This document shows, piece by piece, positions 21,712 to 31,897 of a stretch of 64,000 nucleotides of DNA. Source of the DNA: an uncultured Planctomycetota bacterium (GTDB lineage Bacteria; Planctomycetota; Planctomycetia; Pirellulales; Lacipirellulaceae). Location of the stretch: the NCBI GenBank assembly GCA_963719315.1, contig CAVRBU010000020.1, positions 1-64,000 of the forward strand, read 5' to 3'. The position numbers and the translations under genes are program-made. A model generated the notes under the pieces. It saw only the letters and a program-made list of their open reading frames with translations. It was not told the origin of the DNA and did not search any database. The stretch's first letter is position 1; every line of letters begins with the position of its first letter.

Positions 21712-22247
21712 TAACTGTCCGAATGCTGTCTCCCAGCCAATGTCTGGTTGGAGTCAGCGAATGTGCGCGCGGGAAACATGGCGATAGCCATGATCGCGAC
21801 GTAAACGCCGAACATAGTAAGCAAAATCGCCCAAAAATTATCGGGCATGCCGTTTTGCACCATAATGCTCAAGACTAGCAAAGCATCCAAAGCGAAGAGC
21901 AATAAAATTGCGATAAAAAACAATAGCAACTGCCAAATGTACATTTGCCGATTTCGATAGCGTGATATGCCATTCAAATACCGAATAACGAATGCCACTA
22001 TCGGAACATAAATGCACGTGAGCAACATCGCGCCCTGTCGGTTCGCGAACAAAATCGAAACACCTTTCGGTATCGCAATAACGGCAAGTGGTAACGCTCC
22101 ATCCCAACAAGAAACCGAAATGGCCCATTCTCTTAAACGAAGCGTTCGCTCGCTCGCGCTCTCACGGCGATCAAAGTGCTTAAACACCTCCCCAGCGGTC
22201 GCCTTCAATTCGTCATCTGTCATTGCCGTAGCTTTGTCGTGGTTCAA
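21711..22247 (-). CDS. Hypothetical membrane protein (AT-richer)
   Basis: Several hydrophobic segments; abuts the uvrB start. Confidence 0.6.
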   Translation of the reverse strand: MNHDKATAMTDDELKATAGEVFKHFDRRESASERTLRLREWAISVSCWDGALPLAVIAIPKGVSILFANRQGAMLLTCIYVPIVAFVIRYLNGISRYRNRQMYIWQLLLFFIAILLLFALDALLVLSIMVQNGMPDNFWAILLTMFGVYVAIMAIAMFPARTFADSNQTLAGRQHSDS

Positions 22248-22328
22248 TCACAGCGAATTTGCTTCTGCCTTTGGCTCCCCCGCCACATTTGCCCGCCCAG
22301 GCATCGGTATTAAATACGGCCGTAACAT
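22248..22328 (-). pseudogene. Diverged duplicate of the comEA 3' end
   Basis: MLRPYLIPMPGRANVAGEPKAEANSL* versus ComEA KMKPYLMPMPDRGDVAGDSKLE. Confidence 0.7.
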
Positions 22329-22336
22329 GCCGCTAA

Positions 22337-23050
22337 CTAACCAACGATCTCATTTGTACCGACGACCGCTCGACCCAGCAAAATTCGTCTCTTGTTTTCC
22401 AATTCGATCAGCCGCTTCTTTACGGCAGCAATTTCCGATTCAACCGCGAACAACGGGTCGGCTTCAGCTTCCCGCGCTGCGATCTCCTCGCGGCTCAACC
22501 GGTGAAACACTGGAATCATGAGCGTGACGGCGGCCACGAGAATCGCGACCACTCCCGTCAGCCGCCAGTAGCCCTCGCCACCTTTATTGAAGAACTCAAA
22601 GTCAACTCCGGCCGCGAGCAACGTCGCTAGCCCCAGAATCAATTGATACGCCACGACATACGCCCAGCGATAGCCGCCAGCCAGGTTCGCCATGAACAAC
22701 ATCGACAAGTGCGCACACGCCACGGCGTAGAATGCAAATGTGACCGTCGTTTTCCAGTACAACACCGAATTGATTTCCGACCATAAACCGATGAGCAGCA
22801 AAACTGCGGATAAACCCGTAAGAACCAAGCCAGCGGTCGGCAAGACTTTGTGACCCCGAGTCAGGCAGCCGCCGCAGGCCAAGCCGCAGACGCTGGCGCC
22901 CGCGATGATCGCCGTCGTCAAAAAGACTTTGGATTCATATTCCCAGTTCTTGCTCGGAATACCGATCGCCGCGATGCCGATCATTGCCGCGACCACGATC
23001 GAAGCGATGAAAACATATAGAAAGGTTTTTGTCAGTCGCTGGTAGTTCAT
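22337..23050 (-). CDS. Hypothetical multi-pass membrane protein
   Basis: About six TM segments plus a C-terminal coiled coil. Confidence 0.7.
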   Translation of the reverse strand: MNYQRLTKTFLYVFIASIVVAAMIGIAAIGIPSKNWEYESKVFLTTAIIAGASVCGLACGGCLTRGHKVLPTAGLVLTGLSAVLLLIGLWSEINSVLYWKTTVTFAFYAVACAHLSMLFMANLAGGYRWAYVVAYQLILGLATLLAAGVDFEFFNKGGEGYWRLTGVVAILVAAVTLMIPVFHRLSREEIAAREAEADPLFAVESEIAAVKKRLIELENKRRILLGRAVVGTNEIVG

Positions 23051-23063
23051 GCGGTCGTTCCGA

Positions 23064-23507
23064 CTACGGAATCTTTCCCGGTTCGAGCTTTGAATCACCC
23101 GCCACATCTCCACGATCCGGCATCGGCATCAAATACGGCTTCATCTTCTCCAGCGTCAGCGGCCCGATGCCGTTCACGCGGCGCAAATCATTGTGGTCCT
23201 TGAAGGGCCCGCCCTTCAGCCGCGAGTCCACGATTCGCCGAGCCGTTATCTCACCCACATCGGGCAGTTCGGCGAACTCGAACCAATCGGCCTTGTTGAT
23301 GTCCACCAAATACCGAGCTGCGAGTGGCTCGGCGCGATCGATCTCGATCAACTCGCCCCTCGGCCCGCCCTCGACGAACCAATACACGGCCATACCCACG
23401 AGCGCGAACAGTACCAGCACGGCCACCACGGCCTGGTCCATTCGCCGCAAGAGCGGCCGCGGGCCGTTCTCGTTCGTTGGTTGCCTTGTCTGCCGCTTCT
23501 CGGCCAT
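23064..23507 (-). CDS. comEA: ComEA-family helix-hairpin-helix DNA-binding protein
   Basis: VDINKA...LPDVGEITARRIV...GGPF...DLRRVNGIGPLTLE. Confidence 0.85.
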   Translation of the reverse strand: MAEKRQTRQPTNENGPRPLLRRMDQAVVAVLVLFALVGMAVYWFVEGGPRGELIEIDRAEPLAARYLVDINKADWFEFAELPDVGEITARRIVDSRLKGGPFKDHNDLRRVNGIGPLTLEKMKPYLMPMPDRGDVAGDSKLEPGKIP

Positions 23508-23741
23508 GCCGCGCCCTCGCCGCTACAAGTTCAACCCACCATTATTGCGTTCGCGCTCGCGTGGGTCGAGTCGACCAGACCCGCTAAAGTGGACCCAATA
23601 GGCTTGCGAGCAAAGGGGCTCGCAGTTGCGGTTGAGTAGTTTGACCAGCAATATCAAAACCCATAGGCTGACGGATAGTAAACGGTTTCGGGCGCGATCG
23701 CCGAAGCAACTTCAACCGCTCGAGTCGAAAGGAGAGTTCTG

Positions 23742-24008
23742 ATGGCGAAATTCATGAGCAGTCACACGCTTCCCCCCGGCGCGATGAAACGCGAGCAAGT
23801 CAATCAACTCGCCGAGGCGGCCAAGAGTGATCCCGTCATCAAGCCTTACCGCAGCTTTTGCAATCTGGCGGAAGGCAAGATCATGTGCGTGATGGAAGCG
23901 CCCGACAAGCAAGCGCTGGCCGCGTGGTTCAAGAAAATGAACGTCCCTTGCGACAACATCACGGCCGTCGAACTCGAGGGTGAACGCGGCGCGGTGAAAG
24001 AAGCCTGA
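23742..24008 (+). CDS. DUF4242-like small protein
   Basis: GKIMCVMEAPD...PCDNITAVE; AAAGGAG RBS. Confidence 0.7.
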   Translation: MAKFMSSHTLPPGAMKREQVNQLAEAAKSDPVIKPYRSFCNLAEGKIMCVMEAPDKQALAAWFKKMNVPCDNITAVELEGERGAVKEA

Positions 24009-24069
24009 ACGAATTTCGCAGAGACATCCGCGCTGCAGCCGCGCGTGATCACGGCCGCAAGGACATGCA

Positions 24070-24669
24070 ATGGTGCTGCAGAAGGAACTCCTCATCGTCG
24101 CCGGCCCCAACGGTGCGGGAAAGAGCACGTTCATATCAGGGCTCTAAGCGCAACGGCGGCGCCCTTACCTCAGCGCTGATTTGATCGCCACCGAGTTTCC
24201 CAACCTCGAAGCGATGTCGCTACAATTAGCTGCCGGCCGTGAGTTCCTGCTTCGAATAGAACTGCAACTCGCCGCCGATCAAGACTTCATTATTGAAACG
24301 ACCATGTCCGGGCGAACCTTACAACACTTCGTTCGTCGGGCCAAACTCGCCGAATATATCGTAACGATCGTTTTCATCTACTTAGACTCAGCCGACACGA
24401 GTGTCGCCCGTGTGCGCGAACGCGTTCGGCGCGGCGGACATGATGTTCCCGAACCCGACATTCGCCGTCGCTTCTGCCGTTGCTTCGCCAATTTCTGGCG
24501 CATCTATCGCGAAATTGCCGATTATTGGTACGTATATTACAATTACAGTGGCGAGTTCAAGCGAATCGCGTCCGGTGAGCCGGGTGCAATTTTAATGCGT
24601 GACGAATCGGCGTTTCGCCAGTTCTTAACGCTCGCGGGAGAAACCTCCAATGCTGAAAACGACAATTAG
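24070..24669 (+). pseudogene. Zeta-toxin-like AAA ATPase with in-frame stop at 24145-24147
   Basis: IVAGPNGAGKSTF, then TAA, then same frame ETTMSG...RVRRGGHDVP. Confidence 0.75.
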
Positions 24670-24856
24670 CGAAGAAGCTCTTCGCAAAGGCGAAGAACTG
24701 GAACGCATCGGTAGCGCCGCCGTGCGCGCTGCGCAAGAGGAAAACCGCCGCCTTGGCATCCCCAACGTCTACTCCATCAACGGCATACTTTACTATGAGT
24801 TGCCCAACGGCGAACTCTCGCGAACCGATCCGTACGAGCCAAAGACGGAGAACTAA
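24650..24856 (+). CDS. Small partner protein of the zeta-like ATPase
   Basis: AVRAAQEENRRLGIPNVYSINGILYYELPNG; overlaps the ATPase end. Confidence 0.7.
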   Translation: MLKTTISEEALRKGEELERIGSAAVRAAQEENRRLGIPNVYSINGILYYELPNGELSRTDPYEPKTEN

Positions 24857-24858
24857 AC

Positions 24859-25053
24859 GTGGACGCTATTTCGCAAGATTTCAAGTCGGCCGCCCATCAG
24901 ATTATTGATGCTTTACCCAGCGGTTCTACCTGGGATGATCTCATGTACCATGTATATGTTCGGCAATGCATAGATGCCGGTCTGGATGACGCCAAGAACG
25001 GGCGAGTAGTCGATATTGGCGATGTCCGTGAGCAATTCGGATTAAAGCGATGA
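24859..25053 (+). CDS. Putative antitoxin
   Basis: LPSGSTWDDLMYHVYVRQCIDAGLDDAKNGRVV; overlaps the toxin start (ATGA). Confidence 0.75.
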   Translation: MDAISQDFKSAAHQIIDALPSGSTWDDLMYHVYVRQCIDAGLDDAKNGRVVDIGDVREQFGLKR

Positions 25054-25340
25054 GAGTCGTTTGGTCCGCGACGGCACTCGCGCATCTGACCGCCATTTAC
25101 GACTATATTGCGAAAGATTCGCCGCGCTATGCATTGCGAATGGTGGATCGATTGACGAATCGCTCGGAACAAGTCGCTCGCTTTCCGGAATCAGGCGAGA
25201 TCGTCCCGGAATACATGGATTCGACTCTCCGTGAAGTGATCGAGGGATCGTACCGGATTATCTATCGGATTGAACCGAATCGCGTTGTCATCGTGTCGGT
25301 CGTTCACGGAGCGCAGATTTTGCCGCCCCATCGTCCGTAA
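25050..25340 (+). CDS. RelE/ParE-family toxin
   Basis: MRVVWSATALAHLTAIYDYIAKDSP...FPESG...YRIIYRI. Confidence 0.9.
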   Translation: MRVVWSATALAHLTAIYDYIAKDSPRYALRMVDRLTNRSEQVARFPESGEIVPEYMDSTLREVIEGSYRIIYRIEPNRVVIVSVVHGAQILPPHRP

Positions 25341-25424
25341 GCACCCGGAACCACGCGACCAACTTCCATGGAATTTGCTGGATCAAGGAATTCACAACAT
25401 CATCGCACGACTCGGAAAGGTTAT

Positions 25425-26209
25425 ATGGTAATCACGCTCTGTAAAGCCGGTGCGGTAAGGTTGGTCGCCGCGTATGTTTTGGGATTATCGCTGCTGTGTG
25501 CAAGCGCGCCGGGCGAAAACGCGCCACCGCGCGCGATACATTCAACACGCCCTCAACCCAAAAGAGCGAGCCGAAGCCCGCCCCCGCGCCCGATTGGCGG
25601 GCGATGTTTCAACTGCACTACGGCATCCGCGTGCAGAACTTCCGCGAGCAGAACCAAATTTTTCAAAACGTGGTTCTCGTCGGCGACAGCATTACGGAAG
25701 GATTCGATGTCGCCAAGTGGTTCCCCGGTCGTCGGGTGCTCAATCGTGGTATCGGCGCGGATATCATCGGCAATGCCCTGCCGGCCGACGACAAGCGTGG
25801 CGTCCTCAAGCGAATGGACGAATCGTTTTTCGACTGCTCGGCCCGGGACGCCTTTCTGCTGATCGGCATCAACGATCTGGGGGACGGGCACACGCCGGAA
25901 GTCATGGAAGCCGGCTACCGGGAGATCCTCCAGCGCGTCAAGAAACAGGCCCCGATGCTCCGCGTCCATGTCCAATCCGTGTTGCCGACGCGCGGCAACC
26001 ACGCCAAGCACAACGCCAATGTAAACGATTTCAACCAGCGTCTCCAGAAGCTGGCGAAAGAATTCGGTTACGATTACATCGACCTTCATTCACTGATGGC
26101 CGACGACCAAGGCGAGCTGAAAAAAGAGCTTACCGCCGACGGCCTGCACATCAATGCCGAAGGCTACAATATTTGGAAAGCCCAAATCGAACGCGAGCTG
26201 GGGTGGTAG
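25425..26209 (+). CDS. GDSL/SGNH hydrolase (signal peptide in a shifted frame)
   Basis: GDSIT, NRGIG, IGIND, DGLH blocks. Confidence 0.88.
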
Positions 26210-26219
26210 AATCAAGTTC

Positions 26220-27149
26220 GTGAGGAGAGATTTCCAGCATCTCGATTGGGACGAAACGCTCGACGACGACCTGCGGCAACTCGTGCGGCTTGCGGTGCGC
26301 GAGGATCTCGGTCGGCAAAACGATTGGACGACGATCGCGCTTGTCGGCCCGGATGCGCGGGGTAGGGCGGCCATTGTCGCCCGTCGGCCCGGCGTGATGG
26401 CGGGCTTGCGCGCCTTATCGGTCGTGGTGGACGAAATGCAGGCCACGATCGAGGTGCAACTTCGAGCGGCGGATGGCGACGAAATCGTTGCCGGCGCCGT
26501 AGCTGCTCAGCTTGCCGGCTCGGCGCGCGATCTGCTTACTTGCGAGCGCCCCATTTTGAATTTGCTCGGCCGCTTGTCCGGCATCGCCACACTGACGCGC
26601 GAATATGTTCGCCGCGTCGAAGGTACGCGGGCTCGCATTTACGACACGCGAAAGACGACGCCCGGTTGGCGGCGACTCGAAAAATACGCGGTCCGCTGCG
26701 GCGGCGGCCATAACCACCGCACCGGCTTGTTTGACGCGATGCTCATCAAAGACAACCATCTGGCGCTGGCAGCCGAGAAGAATTTGTCGCCCGCCGGCGC
26801 GGTCCGCCGCGCGCGTGAGTTTCTCGCGCAAATTGACGCGCAGTATGTGGACAAGGAGATGCTGGTAGAAGTCGAAATCGATCACCTGGACCAATTGGAC
26901 GGTGTGCTAGAGGCCGGCCCGGACATCGTGCTGCTGGACAACATGCGGCCGGACGAATTGCGAGCGGCGGCGGCCCGGCGCGAGGAAATTGCCCCGCAAA
27001 TCGAGCTGGAAGCCTCCGGCGGCGTCACGCTGGAAACGGTTCGGGAAATCGCGGCTACAGGCGTCGATCGAATCAGCGTCGGCGCCCTTACTCATTCGGC
27101 CGGGTGTCTGGACATCGGTCTCGATTGGTTGCCCTCTTCCGGCCCCTAG
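26220..27149 (+). CDS. nadC: Nicotinate-nucleotide pyrophosphorylase
   Basis: DTRKTTPG, HRTGLFDAMLIKDNH, LLDNM, EASGG, ISVGALTHS. Confidence 0.96.
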   Translation: MRRDFQHLDWDETLDDDLRQLVRLAVREDLGRQNDWTTIALVGPDARGRAAIVARRPGVMAGLRALSVVVDEMQATIEVQLRAADGDEIVAGAVAAQLAGSARDLLTCERPILNLLGRLSGIATLTREYVRRVEGTRARIYDTRKTTPGWRRLEKYAVRCGGGHNHRTGLFDAMLIKDNHLALAAEKNLSPAGAVRRAREFLAQIDAQYVDKEMLVEVEIDHLDQLDGVLEAGPDIVLLDNMRPDELRAAAARREEIAPQIELEASGGVTLETVREIAATGVDRISVGALTHSAGCLDIGLDWLPSSGP

Positions 27150-27279
27150 TGCCTTGTCACAGCTAAGAATTGGGGTTGGGCGCATCAGCCGCAGGGCGCT
27201 AGCCCCCGGTTTGTGCCGCTCCAACCGGGGGCTAGCGCCCCGCGGCTAATCCCAAAATCAAGCTGTGACAAAGCACTAG
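27146..27279. mobile_element. 134-bp MITE with CTAG ends and an internal REP palindrome
   Basis: TIR CTAGTGCCTTGTCACAGCT...AGCTGTGACAAAGCACTAG; related copies at 9639 and 5912. Confidence 0.8.
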
Positions 27280-28195
27280 TTTTCCGCACCGGCCGTCCTG
27301 TTGCATTTGGTGAACGTGGCGGATTCCTACGCGCCGAATGCTTTTCGCCGCGGGTTTTTGCAGCTCGCCACGCTAGTTTTGCCGGTTTCATTTGACAGCC
27401 CGGTTGCCCGTATTAGGTTTCAGTTGCAGCCGTGCCTTTGGGGAGAGACACGGTCTGTTTGACGCGGCGGGACGAGCTGGGAGCTTGAGGGGACCTCGCC
27501 GCGTCATTTTTTATGCGCGGTGCCGTACCGAACGTATTTCGGCCCCTCGACTCAGCCGGCACGATCGGATTAACCGACATTATTTGGCGAATCCGTATTT
27601 TTTGTTGACAGGCGGCATCAATCGGCTTATAACAGTGTCTAGGACCATAGTCTGGATCCGCGCGTCGGGTTCCGGTAGTCCTCGTTTTCATTGCTTACAC
27701 AGCGTTTTTCATTCGGAGCGACCTCATGAGTGTCAGATCGGCAGCGGCGAAGAGATTCGCACCGCTGTTCGCCAGACATTCCAGAGCCGCTGGATAAAGT
27801 CCTCCGAAATCTTCGATAACGCTTCCCGCGAGCCAATCGGTTTGCGGTGCCCGTTGGTTTCGAGCGCTTGGGTCTTAATCGCCCCTTTCCAATCGGCTTA
27901 GCACGCGGCGCTTATCGCCGCTGTGATGTCGCGGCGCTCAGCCCAATCCGGCACTAACGTAACTCGAACCGTGCAGATATTGGTCTGCTAGTTCGTGCGT
28001 TTGTCGGCCGCATCTCTTCCGAATATCGCCGGCGCCGATCTTCTCGTGCTCGATTGCAGCATGTCATTCCAAGTCCGCCCGTCCAAGCGGCCAGGAATCC
28101 ATCTTCGCTGCAGAGCATGCATCACTCCACGAACTACTGAATTTCACTCGAATTTCGATTGCCACATTTTTGAGAAATATCAAAGGAACGGAACT

Positions 28196-29062
28196 ATGAT
28201 CGGAGTAGCGTTGAGAAGCTTGAAGGAGCATGCACGGGTTGCAAAGTTGGCATTGCTGATACTGCCCCTTGCTCTCGCGGGAATTGGCGGATCGATCGTC
28301 CAGGCTCAGAATTCCTGGACGCTGAACATCAGCGAGAAAGAGCTCAAGCTCGAAAACCCAGTCGACATGATGTGGGACAAGTGGCTGATGTGGGACATCG
28401 GCTACCAACGCATGATGTGCCGTAACACGCCCTACCTGGAGCTCTTGAACGATCCCGCTTCGTCGAGCCCCATCACCGAGTTTCACCTCACGATCGGCGA
28501 CAACCGCTTCAATTTCGGGCCCGTCGAGGGGACTGATCTAGTCATGTTGGGAAGTACGACGCCTGGCTTTTCGCTCGGGTCGAGCACCGTGGGCAATCTG
28601 GGCGACGAGCTCGTGGTTTCCATCGGCAACGGCGGTCTGCTGCCCGGTCAGTTGGTGCGCTTCAAAATCAAACTCGATGTCGATCCGACGTTTGCGGCTC
28701 AATATGCCGCTTCGTTTGGCGCCTCGCTGCCCGATTACCGCACGGTTCTGTTCGATATGAACGGAGTCAACGTGTACGACGGGATCACGCACTCCAGTTC
28801 CGCCGACAATGCCCAGGCCTTTGTCGTTTTCGATCCAGAGGGCAAAAGCAACACGGCCGTGTTCCAGGATGAACCGGTGGCCGCGGGCCAATATTACAAC
28901 AACAATTTACGGGCCTATAGTGCGATCGATCCTGTGCTCATCTTCCAATTGGAAGGCAGCCAGGAAGTTCCCGAACCGACTAGCATCGGCTTGGCGATGT
29001 TGGGTCTCTCGGCCGGAGTCTTGTTGCGTCGCCGCTCGCGCCGTTCTTCGATTCCTGTTTGA
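28196..29062 (+). CDS. PEP-CTERM protein
   Basis: C-terminal VPEPTSIGLAMLGLSAGVLLRRRSRR; signal peptide. Confidence 0.9.
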   Translation: MIGVALRSLKEHARVAKLALLILPLALAGIGGSIVQAQNSWTLNISEKELKLENPVDMMWDKWLMWDIGYQRMMCRNTPYLELLNDPASSSPITEFHLTIGDNRFNFGPVEGTDLVMLGSTTPGFSLGSSTVGNLGDELVVSIGNGGLLPGQLVRFKIKLDVDPTFAAQYAASFGASLPDYRTVLFDMNGVNVYDGITHSSSADNAQAFVVFDPEGKSNTAVFQDEPVAAGQYYNNNLRAYSAIDPVLIFQLEGSQEVPEPTSIGLAMLGLSAGVLLRRRSRRSSIPV

Positions 29063-29651
29063 TTCCGAGAGCAATTCATGCCGCGGCGCGAAAATTCCTG
29101 TGCGGGCGATCGCCGAAGAGATTCTGCGCGGCGGTGCCGCGGCCGATCTGCCCAAAGCTCGTGCCGCCGCCGGCATCGGCGCTGCCGCCGTCGTCAAAGT
29201 TGTCCCTCCCGCCGCTCAAGGGGCGGCTCCTCGCGCGGGGCAGATCGGCGTAAGCTCACTTACCGCCGCGGATGATGCCGGGTCCGTTCCCCGCGGCTGC
29301 TGATCTCACGCGCACCACATGCTCGGCCAGTTCTTCACAAAACGGCCAGTGCTCCGGAAGGGCACGTGAACCAGTCTCGAAACCATTGTGGTAAACTTTG
29401 CCGGTTGGGTAAATCTTGCCGACCGTTCCGGTATTAGCGGAGTTTCCAGGGATGCGGATTATGCCGAAAAAGAGCAAAGTACCGATTCTACCGCTACCGA
29501 TGTTGAAAAAGACATTGAGGGTCGGGTGGGGGGAGTAATGCGGGCCGCGATCGTCGCCGCGCCATCGAGCGTGGAGAATCGCGCCATGATGCTGTCATAG
29601 GCCGCGCATAGCGCCTGCGAGCACCCGGCATTGCTAAGGGGGGATTCTCGG

Positions 29652-30950
29652 ATGAAATTGCGCTTCTCGTTCGTGGCTGCGCTGGCGGCGTCGCTGGCAG
29701 TCACCGTTACCAGTGGGTTGGCGCCCGCACAATCGCGGAGCACCAGCGTTTACAACAACGGCGATCGTCTGGCGTCACAAAGCACGGCCACGACCGAGGA
29801 ACTGCCCGGCGGCATGCTGGGCGGCCAAGGCCAGTCGCAGTCGTCCATGGCGCCGGCTCAAAGGACGCCGATGTCCAATGGCTATCCGCAGGGGACTTTC
29901 GGCGAAGGGTACGGCTCCGGCGGCTGCAATCAAGGCTGGTACGATGGGAGCTGCTATTCGGAAGAAAGCTGCGATAGCGGTGGCGGATTCTGCGACATGT
30001 TCGGCATGGGCAGAGGCCAGTTCTTTGTCACCGCCGAATACCTAAACGTGCATGCCAGCTTCAGCGAAGCGGATGCGTTCGTTCGGGAAGATCTGGCCAC
30101 CGGTTCGGATCAATTCATTCCTTTGGAGTTCGATTATCAATCGTCGTATCGCGTGGGCGGCGGCTGGCGGTCTTGCTGCTGCGGCGATCAGATCCGCTTC
30201 ATGTTCACGCAGATGACCAGCGAGGCGTCGGATACAGCGTTTCCGGGCGATATCGTGCCCTATGAAACGTCGCCGCCGCCGGGAGGCCAGACGAAGATCA
30301 ATGCCAACGTCGATGCCCGCACGCTGGACATCGAATGCGCCAAGACGATTCCGTTGGGCGGTCAATGCTGCGACTGTTGCGATGATTGCTGCGATGGCAG
30401 CGGGAATGCTTGCGGCCCATGCTGCCCGGCTTGGGACATCACCTGGTCCGGCGGCGTTCGCTGGGCCGATGTGGGTTGGCAGCGTTCTTACGTGGCCTTC
30501 GATAGCACCGATTTCGCAGTGACCGATGCGGAAATCGGCATGAATTTCCGTGGTGGCGGTTTGCGAACGGGCCTGGAAGGGCGCCGCTATTTCTTCAAGG
30601 ACGGCTGGCTTAGCATCTACGGCAAGGGCGACATCTCGTTGCTCCTGGGCGACGTGAATTTATCGTCGATTCGCGCTGTGAATGACCCGTCCTCGAGTAA
30701 TAACCCGATCATCGTCAACACGCAAACCTACCGAACGCGGCAGATCATTCCGGTAACGGAGCTCGAAGCGGGCGTCACTGCCCAGGTTTCGTGCCGCACC
30801 GCTTTCACTGCCGGCTACCTGTTTGCGGCCTATCACGATCTTGGTTTTCGTGATGAGCATCAGCTAAACACGCTATTGCCCACTACGTACGACGACGCCA
30901 ACATCCTGGGCTTCGATGGCTTCTTTGCCCGGGTCGAGGTCGGTTTCTAG
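29652..30950 (+). CDS. Lpg1974/BBP7-like outer-membrane beta-barrel
   Basis: Signal peptide, Cys/Gly-rich linker, amphipathic strands, C-terminal GFDGFFARVEVGF. Confidence 0.75.
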   Translation: MKLRFSFVAALAASLAVTVTSGLAPAQSRSTSVYNNGDRLASQSTATTEELPGGMLGGQGQSQSSMAPAQRTPMSNGYPQGTFGEGYGSGGCNQGWYDGSCYSEESCDSGGGFCDMFGMGRGQFFVTAEYLNVHASFSEADAFVREDLATGSDQFIPLEFDYQSSYRVGGGWRSCCCGDQIRFMFTQMTSEASDTAFPGDIVPYETSPPPGGQTKINANVDARTLDIECAKTIPLGGQCCDCCDDCCDGSGNACGPCCPAWDITWSGGVRWADVGWQRSYVAFDSTDFAVTDAEIGMNFRGGGLRTGLEGRRYFFKDGWLSIYGKGDISLLLGDVNLSSIRAVNDPSSSNNPIIVNTQTYRTRQIIPVTELEAGVTAQVSCRTAFTAGYLFAAYHDLGFRDEHQLNTLLPTTYDDANILGFDGFFARVEVGF

Positions 30951-31174
30951 CTCGCAAAGCTGCCCGTTCGATCGGCAGCGCTAGCAACGCAATGTCTCCG
31001 AGGGGCCGGCAACCAATACGTTGGGTGCCGGCCCTTTTCACGTGAGTTGGACAGCACCGCGATCGCAATGACCGATTCGGCGCGAAGCTAGTTAAAGCTG
31101 AACTCGCTAGAGTGCGGAAGGGCACCGTCTGAATTCTTGAGATTCAGCTACTTCTAAAGAGACCACAGGCAACG

Positions 31175-31372
31175 CTAGTGCGTGGCCAAGAATCGGTCGC
31201 GGCGCGTGCGGCGCTCGGCACGCAGGCGAGCTCTGCGCTTGATTTCGCTGGGCTTTTCGTAGAATTCGCGAACCCGCATTTCTTTCTTGATACCGCTACG
31301 CTCGACGAGCTTCCGAAAGCGGCGGACGGCCTCCTGGGCCGATTCCTTGTCTCGCAATGTCAGCTTAACCAC
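31175..31372 (-). CDS. rpsU: 30S ribosomal protein S21
   Basis: [12 protein letters not shown]...REFYEKPSE. Confidence 0.95.
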   Translation of the reverse strand: MVKLTLRDKESAQEAVRRFRKLVERSGIKKEMRVREFYEKPSEIKRRARLRAERRTRRDRFLATH

Positions 31373-31897
31373 ATACGCTCCTGAATTAGAAAATCGTTTA
31401 ACCACGGCCCGCATTTCGCACGACTCCGCCGATATCAGCGATCAAGCGGGCGGCGGCGTGGGAATCCGCTATTCTAGCGTCCCTCGTTGACTTCTGTCTA
31501 GCATACCTGGCAATGGGTGCAGCAAGTGGCTTGTAGGGCATAAGAATAATATCGTGAATCGCCAATTTGGGGCGACGAATGCTCAACAGATCGCAAGATT
31601 CATCTTGAATTGCAGAATATTAGTGAACGTATGTTGACTTACTGCTAAGCTACTATAAACTCCGATCATGGAGAAACCGTAGTCATTATGGCTTTCAACC
31701 TTATTTATTTCGAGAGTTCAACTGCCGTTCAATGAGTGAAATCCGGGAATGGGCTATCCGAATGACTCCTCTCGCAATCGTGCTTGGCAATTCATACGCC
31801 ACAAGAACAGTTCTCACGCGTTGAAGCTACTCATGTTTGCGGGGGCCGTCGGGGTGAAATCGTCAGCTAAAATGATGGACTAGTTACCCTCAATCGT

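Noticed and set aside
29063..29620. Several short GC-rich ORFs after the PEP-CTERM gene
   Set aside because: No motif or RBS to choose among frames
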